Below, piece after piece: positions 55,815 to 59,678 of a DNA stretch of 59,678 nucleotides. The position numbers and the translations under genes were made by a program. Each line of letters starts with the position of its first letter. Position 1 is the first letter of the stretch. Below the pieces are notes generated by a model. That model was not told where the DNA came from, made no database searches, and was given only the letters and a program-made list of their open reading frames with translations. The stretch is from Minisyncoccota bacterium (GTDB lineage Bacteria > Patescibacteriota > Minisyncoccia > 2-02-FULL-40-12 > GWA2-44-9): the NCBI GenBank assembly GCA_035583445.1, contig DATEYD010000039.1:1-59678 (forward strand). The letters are read 5' to 3'.

Positions 55815-56030
55815 TCAGGACTCGCGGAACCGGAGCGGAAGCAGCTCGGGAGTTTCCAGTGGCATGACGGTCATTATGATCCCCACCGTTCCGTCGCCTT
55901 GCAGGGGGAACCCGCGGATGATGACGCGATGGTTGAGGATGCCGCCTCTGAGGATGTGACCATGCAGGTACCACGCGGCTTCCGGGACCTCGACGCCCAC
56001 GGCGAGCTGCACGTTCGGATGCAGGGTCAT
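55815..56030 (-). CDS. hypothetical small protein
   Basis: 71 aa. Its ATG is in an ATGA overlap with the upstream ORF. No family was recognised. Confidence 0.4.
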   Translation of the reverse strand: MTLHPNVQLAVGVEVPEAAWYLHGHILRGGILNHRVIIRGFPLQGDGTVGIIMTVMPLETPELLPLRFRES

Positions 56031-56440
56031 TCGAGCCTCGTGAAGGACGTGATCCGCGGCGCACAGAACGTCCAGACCGCGATCCCGACGCGCGGATGCC
56101 TGACAGGGGCCTCGCTGAGGAACTCATGTGCCTCGCCGAGCAAATCGCGGGCCATCGACTCGGTGTAGGCCAGGAGGCCGAACCCGATCCGGAACGGCTG
56201 ACCACCGATGATCCGGTGGACCTCACCGAACGTCTTCGGATAGCCGGGGATGAAGTACCGCTGGTAGCGGCACAGCGGCAGACCGACATCCGGGATCTGC
56301 GAAAGCTTGCCCTGCTTCTGGACCCGCTGCTGGGCGAGGAATTGGTCGATGTCCTTCTCGGCCTTGGCCCACCAGCCTGCCCAGAAGGCATTGGCGATTT
56401 CGGAATCGTATCCGATGCCAGCCCAGTAAATCTCGTGCAC
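56027..56440 (-). CDS. hypothetical protein
   Basis: 137 aa. It has a GTG start preceded by GGAGGT. The composition is protein-like, unlike the overlapping Arg/Ser/Pro-rich ORF 55726..56391. Confidence 0.5.
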   Translation of the reverse strand: MHEIYWAGIGYDSEIANAFWAGWWAKAEKDIDQFLAQQRVQKQGKLSQIPDVGLPLCRYQRYFIPGYPKTFGEVHRIIGGQPFRIGFGLLAYTESMARDLLGEAHEFLSEAPVRHPRVGIAVWTFCAPRITSFTRLE

Positions 56441-56525
56441 AGCGCACCTCCGGGAGGGTAATACTACAAATATACGTTCATGTCAATTCAATCACATCTG
56501 CTGCGATTTCGTGTACACTATCGAT

Positions 56526-57449
56526 ATGAAACCGACCTTGGTCACGTCGTACATCCATCCCGATCTCGATGGCATCTCAGGCATCATCGGGTACGCCGAA
56601 TATCTGGAGAAGAACGACACGCCTGCCGTGGCAGGGATCCTGGGAGAGCCGCAGTTCGAGGCAATCTACATGCTCGACCGGTTCGGGGTCGCGCATCCGC
56701 GGACCATCCAGAATGCGGATGAGTTCGATCAGGTCGTCCTAGTCGATGCCAGCGACCGCAACGACCTCGGAGGGATGATCGCGCCGGAGAAGATCACCGA
56801 GATCATCGACCACCGCGTGGTTCATGAAGCCAACGCATTTCCCAATGCGCGCGTGCAGATCGAGCTGGTCGGCGCGTCTGCCACCCTCATTACGGAGAAG
56901 TTCATGCAGGGCACCGTCGAACCGTCGCGGGAGGTCGCGTCGCTCCTGTGCGGCGGCATCATCTCGAACACCCTCAATTTCAAAGCATCGGTCACGACCG
57001 GACGCGATCGGGCAGCAGCGGCGTGGCTGAACCGCATCGCCGGATTGCCCGAGGATTTCTGGCGGGAGATGTTCATGGCGAAGTCCGATGTCAGCGGCGA
57101 ACGGCTCGCGCAACGGATGCGCGGCGATTCCAAGTGGTACGTGCTGAACGGAAAACGGGTCGGCATCACTGAGATCGAGATGATTGGGGCACGGGCGCTC
57201 GTGACCGAGCGGGCTGATGAGATCATCGGCATCCTCGCCGATATCATGAAGGAGCGACAGCTCGACTTCATCTTCCATAACACCGTCGAGCTCGAGGAGC
57301 TGCGGACGTTCCTGGTCGCAAGCGATCCTGCGACGCAGCAGCTGCTCCGGGATGCCGTCCAGGCAACGTTTACCGGGAGCGTCGCTGAATTGCCATACCT
57401 CTTGATGCGCAAAGAGATCATACCGCTCTTGAAGCAGGCGTTGGGATAA
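56526..57449 (+). CDS. DHH/DHHA2 phosphoesterase, family II inorganic pyrophosphatase-like
   Basis: MKPTLVTSYIHPDLDGISG, VLVDASD, IIDHR (in place of DHH) and ELVGASATLI. TACACT lies 6 nt before the ATG at 56526. Confidence 0.75.
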   Translation: MKPTLVTSYIHPDLDGISGIIGYAEYLEKNDTPAVAGILGEPQFEAIYMLDRFGVAHPRTIQNADEFDQVVLVDASDRNDLGGMIAPEKITEIIDHRVVHEANAFPNARVQIELVGASATLITEKFMQGTVEPSREVASLLCGGIISNTLNFKASVTTGRDRAAAAWLNRIAGLPEDFWREMFMAKSDVSGERLAQRMRGDSKWYVLNGKRVGITEIEMIGARALVTERADEIIGILADIMKERQLDFIFHNTVELEELRTFLVASDPATQQLLRDAVQATFTGSVAELPYLLMRKEIIPLLKQALG

Positions 57450-57455
57450 CATTGG

Positions 57456-57464
57456 TGGTAGAAT
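57456..57464 (+). promoter_or_regulatory. extended -10 TGGTAGAAT overlapping the first ATG of the CBS gene
   Basis: Read directly. The ATGs at 57469 and 57475 lie 4 and 10 nt downstream. Confidence 0.35.
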
Positions 57465-58173
57465 GGGGATGAATATGCCGAACGGAACACTCAAAGTCAG
57501 CGATGTGATGACCAAGGACGTCCTGGCGATCGACGTGGATGACACGTTGGACGTTATCGCCGGCCTCTTCGAAAAGTACGACTACGACGGCATGCCGGTC
57601 GTGGACAAGGATCGCGTCCTGAAAGGCATCATCACCGGCTACGACATGATTCTGCAGTCGTCGGACGTGCATCTGCCCACGCTGTTGCGGCTGATGGAGC
57701 AGATCGCGCGCGAGAAGGGCGACCGCAAGGACATCGACCAGCATTTCAAGAAGCTCCGCGACATCAAGGCGACTGCCATCATGAACCCCAATCCGGTGAG
57801 CGTCCGGTCAGATGCCACCCTGGAGGAGGCGGCGAAGGCATTCGCCGACCATCCGAAAGCGAATCCGCTGTCGGTCGTGGACGAAAACGGGAAACTGGTT
57901 GGCATCATCTCCCGTTACGACATCATCAAATTCTTCAACGAGACGTACCTGCAGCGCGTCGTGCAGTCGGCTGGCGGCACCGAGGCATTCAAGGAATTCC
58001 CGACGAAGTCGGAGCACGAGGTCGAAGAGGCGGTGAAGCAGGTGGAAGAGAAGTTCCTCATCGTCTCCAAGCGCCGCCCGCTCATCTGGAAGTACCTGGC
58101 CATCGCCATGTTCGCCGCCGGGCTGGTCGCCGCGACTGCTCTCATCATCCGGATCGTGCAGCGGGGCGGCTAA
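57463..58173 (+). CDS. CBS-pair protein with a C-terminal TM anchor
   Basis: Two CBS motifs (VMTKDVLAIDVDDTL...GMPVVD and IMNPNPVSVRSDATL...PLSVVD) and a C-terminal helix, YLAIAMFAAGLVAATALII. The true start may be 57469 or 57475. Confidence 0.85.
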   Translation: MGMNMPNGTLKVSDVMTKDVLAIDVDDTLDVIAGLFEKYDYDGMPVVDKDRVLKGIITGYDMILQSSDVHLPTLLRLMEQIAREKGDRKDIDQHFKKLRDIKATAIMNPNPVSVRSDATLEEAAKAFADHPKANPLSVVDENGKLVGIISRYDIIKFFNETYLQRVVQSAGGTEAFKEFPTKSEHEVEEAVKQVEEKFLIVSKRRPLIWKYLAIAMFAAGLVAATALIIRIVQRGG

Positions 58174-58213
58174 GAACGGTTGCGCCACTGCCGGGTTGCT
58201 TCGGGAACAAAAC

Positions 58214-58237
58214 GCGTAGGAAATACGCTATTTTTTT
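58214..58237 (+). terminator. short hairpin GCGTA/TACGC followed by T7
   Basis: Read directly. The stem is only 5 bp. Confidence 0.4.
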
Positions 58238-58251
58238 GGACAAACGGCATC

Positions 58252-58280
58252 TTGCATATATAGAGGAAAAGTGATATAAT
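58252..58280 (+). promoter_or_regulatory. near-consensus promoter TTGCAT-17-TATAAT with TG extension
   Basis: The -35 is at 58252-58257 and the -10 at 58275-58280, with TGA immediately upstream of the -10. Confidence 0.6.
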
Positions 58281-58368
58281 AGTAGGCGATACGGTGGGCA
58301 ATGGGGCCTGCCGATGATCGTTCCCAATCGACGTTCCACTGGCCCGCGATAGCGGGCTGGGAGGTCAT

Positions 58369-59678
58369 ATGAAGGCGTTGATCAAGCCGCAGCCGTGCGA
58401 CGAGGTCGTGACGCACTGGAACCCGCATCCCGACGAGGGGCTCGGGTACTTCCTAGGCAAGCGCTTCGCGAAGCACATCTTCCGGGGCATCGAGAACGCC
58501 AAGCTGGTCCTGCTCAACGCGGGCCAGCGCCCGCCCAACGGCGTGAGCGTCCAGCAGTACGAGAAGACGCGACTCGTGCTCGGCACCTGCCTGGGCCGTT
58601 ACGACGAGCACGGCCTCAACGAGGACGTGCGGAGCCGCTACGCCGCCTCATCCCTGGTCGCTCGCGACCAGGGACTGACGGAGGACCCGGCGCTGAAGCC
58701 GATCCTCGAGTACACGGTCGACAACGACCGCAACGCGCATCGCGCCACCTGGGACATCGCGTCCATTATGTTCGGGGTGAACGTGCTCCTGCTTCAACCG
58801 GAAAACGCCCAGATCACGCTCGACCTCGCCTACGACTGGTTCGACGTCGCGTACGACTACTTCGCGATGCGGATCAAGCAGGGCGAGAAGCCCACGCGCC
58901 CGAAGGGCGAGTTGTCTCTCAACGACTACATCGTGTCGTGGCTCATCCAGGCGTTCGACTTCGACCACGTCATCGCGTCCAGCAACGGCCTGACCGCGCG
59001 TCAGGTCGCCGAGACGCTCGGCATCGCCGACCGTCCGGAGCTCAAGCGCATCCTGGAACTGTCCGAGCGCAAGCACACCGAGGGCCCGGCTACGGACTTC
59101 GACATCTACACCTTCGTGGAGATGGCCGTCGTCACCGGCCATTCCAACGACTGGATCTACGAGCGGCTGGCGCTGATGTTCAACGCCCGCCGCCGCGAGG
59201 AGAAGCTCTTCTACCGGGAGATCGACACCCTGCCCGAGACCGCTTCCTTCGTGCAGATCTGGCGCAACCCGGCCAACCCCGAGGTTCCCATCTTCGTCCG
59301 CAGCACGCCTGCGGACCGGGAGGCCGTCCATCAGACGTGGGCGAAGAAGCAGTACAAGCTCCTCTTCACGATCGGCATCGTCGAGTCCGACTCGCCGGTG
59401 GCGCACAAGGCGTTCCGGTACAAGCACCGGATGGACGTGATGATCATCAGGAAGACCAACGGCTACACGGCGATCAACATCGGACGCCTGCCGCGCGGCC
59501 CGTTCGCGTTCCGGCTCCGCAAGGCGGAATCGAACAGCGAGTACCTCACCATGGACGAGCTCCTGCGGGACGGCAACACGTACGACCCCGACGGCCGCCA
59601 GCGTCCCTGGTGCAACTTCAAGGAAGGCGGCTGGCTCCTGAACGGCGCGTTCACCGCGTTGGACCAGAAGCAGCTGCC
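58369..59678 (+). CDS. unknown protein, 3' partial (tentatively a MYG1/UPF0160-like metal-dependent hydrolase)
   Basis: It is not in the ORF track because there is no stop within the window. My hand translation gives more than 436 codons without a stop. GGAGG lies 4 nt before the ATG. THWNPHPDE and GRYDEHG loosely resemble the MYG1 motifs THxGxFHxDE and RYDHH. Confidence 0.7.
   Translation, partial: MKALIKPQPCDEVVTHWNPHPDEGLGYFLGKRFAKHIFRGIENAKLVLLNAGQRPPNGVSVQQYEKTRLVLGTCLGRYDEHGLNEDVRSRYAASSLVARDQGLTEDPALKPILEYTVDNDRNAHRATWDIASIMFGVNVLLLQPENAQITLDLAYDWFDVAYDYFAMRIKQGEKPTRPKGELSLNDYIVSWLIQAFDFDHVIASSNGLTARQVAETLGIADRPELKRILELSERKHTEGPATDFDIYTFVEMAVVTGHSNDWIYERLALMFNARRREEKLFYREIDTLPETASFVQIWRNPANPEVPIFVRSTPADREAVHQTWAKKQYKLLFTIGIVESDSPVAHKAFRYKHRMDVMIIRKTNGYTAINIGRLPRGPFAFRLRKAESNSEYLTMDELLRDGNTYDPDGRQRPWCNFKEGGWLLNGAFTALDQKQL

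Noticed and set aside
58648-59427. 259-aa minus-strand ORF listed in the track
   Set aside because: It is antisense to the longer plus-strand frame, which has no stop and has a strong promoter and SD. Its Arg/Asp/Val/Leu-rich sequence looks like a shadow.

Overview
This is a gene-dense 59.7-kb bacterial fragment using the standard genetic code (TGA acts as a stop, including in many ATGA stop/start overlaps). All calls were made by eye from the sequence and the ORF track. No searches or alignment programs were run, so domain names are motif-level recognitions.

I infer a Candidate Phyla Radiation (Patescibacteria)-like genome, but this is not proven. The supporting features are:
- a lone 16S rRNA gene split by an ~0.84-kb intron-like insertion that encodes a LAGLIDADG homing endonuclease;
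- the classic spacer tRNAs Ile(GAU) and Ala(UGC) relocated 8 kb away from the 16S gene;
- a split transketolase and sparse central-metabolism genes (gpmI, gap, tkt);
- a type IV pilus operon;
- a very large investment in giant surface proteins.

Layout:
- Bases 1-25125 are a plus-strand super-locus of six membrane-anchored proteins. Their modules include FG-GAP, NHL and LVIVD propellers, LamG lectin modules, tail-fibre-like repeats and a Peptidase_S74-type self-cleaving chaperone. The locus is interrupted by a PaaX-like regulator and gpmI.
- Bases 25-41 kb carry housekeeping genes: a LytR_C protein, leuS, a KH protein, trmD, the 16S gene, cdd, a SIMPL protein, rnhB, gap, the split tkt and a UDG-like protein.
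- Bases 41.8-52.7 kb are a minus-strand operon: histidine kinase, response regulator, a receiver domain fused to PilB, PilC, three pilin-like proteins, the major pilin and an FN3 surface protein.
- Bases 52.8-59.7 kb carry an orphan KAS III, rmuC, a DHH pyrophosphatase-like protein, a CBS protein and a 3'-truncated unknown ORF.

Most interesting observations:
- the surface-protein super-locus as a candidate host-attachment system built from phage receptor-binding parts;
- a 149-nt cassette, near-identical (2 mismatches), shared by two giant genes 21.8 kb apart;
- a two-component system wired directly to a receiver-PilB fusion;
- the intron in the 16S decoding centre together with break-up of the rRNA operon;
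- a recurrent extended -10 (TGnTAnnnT) promoter pattern, often 4-10 nt from the ATG, which implies leaderless mRNAs.
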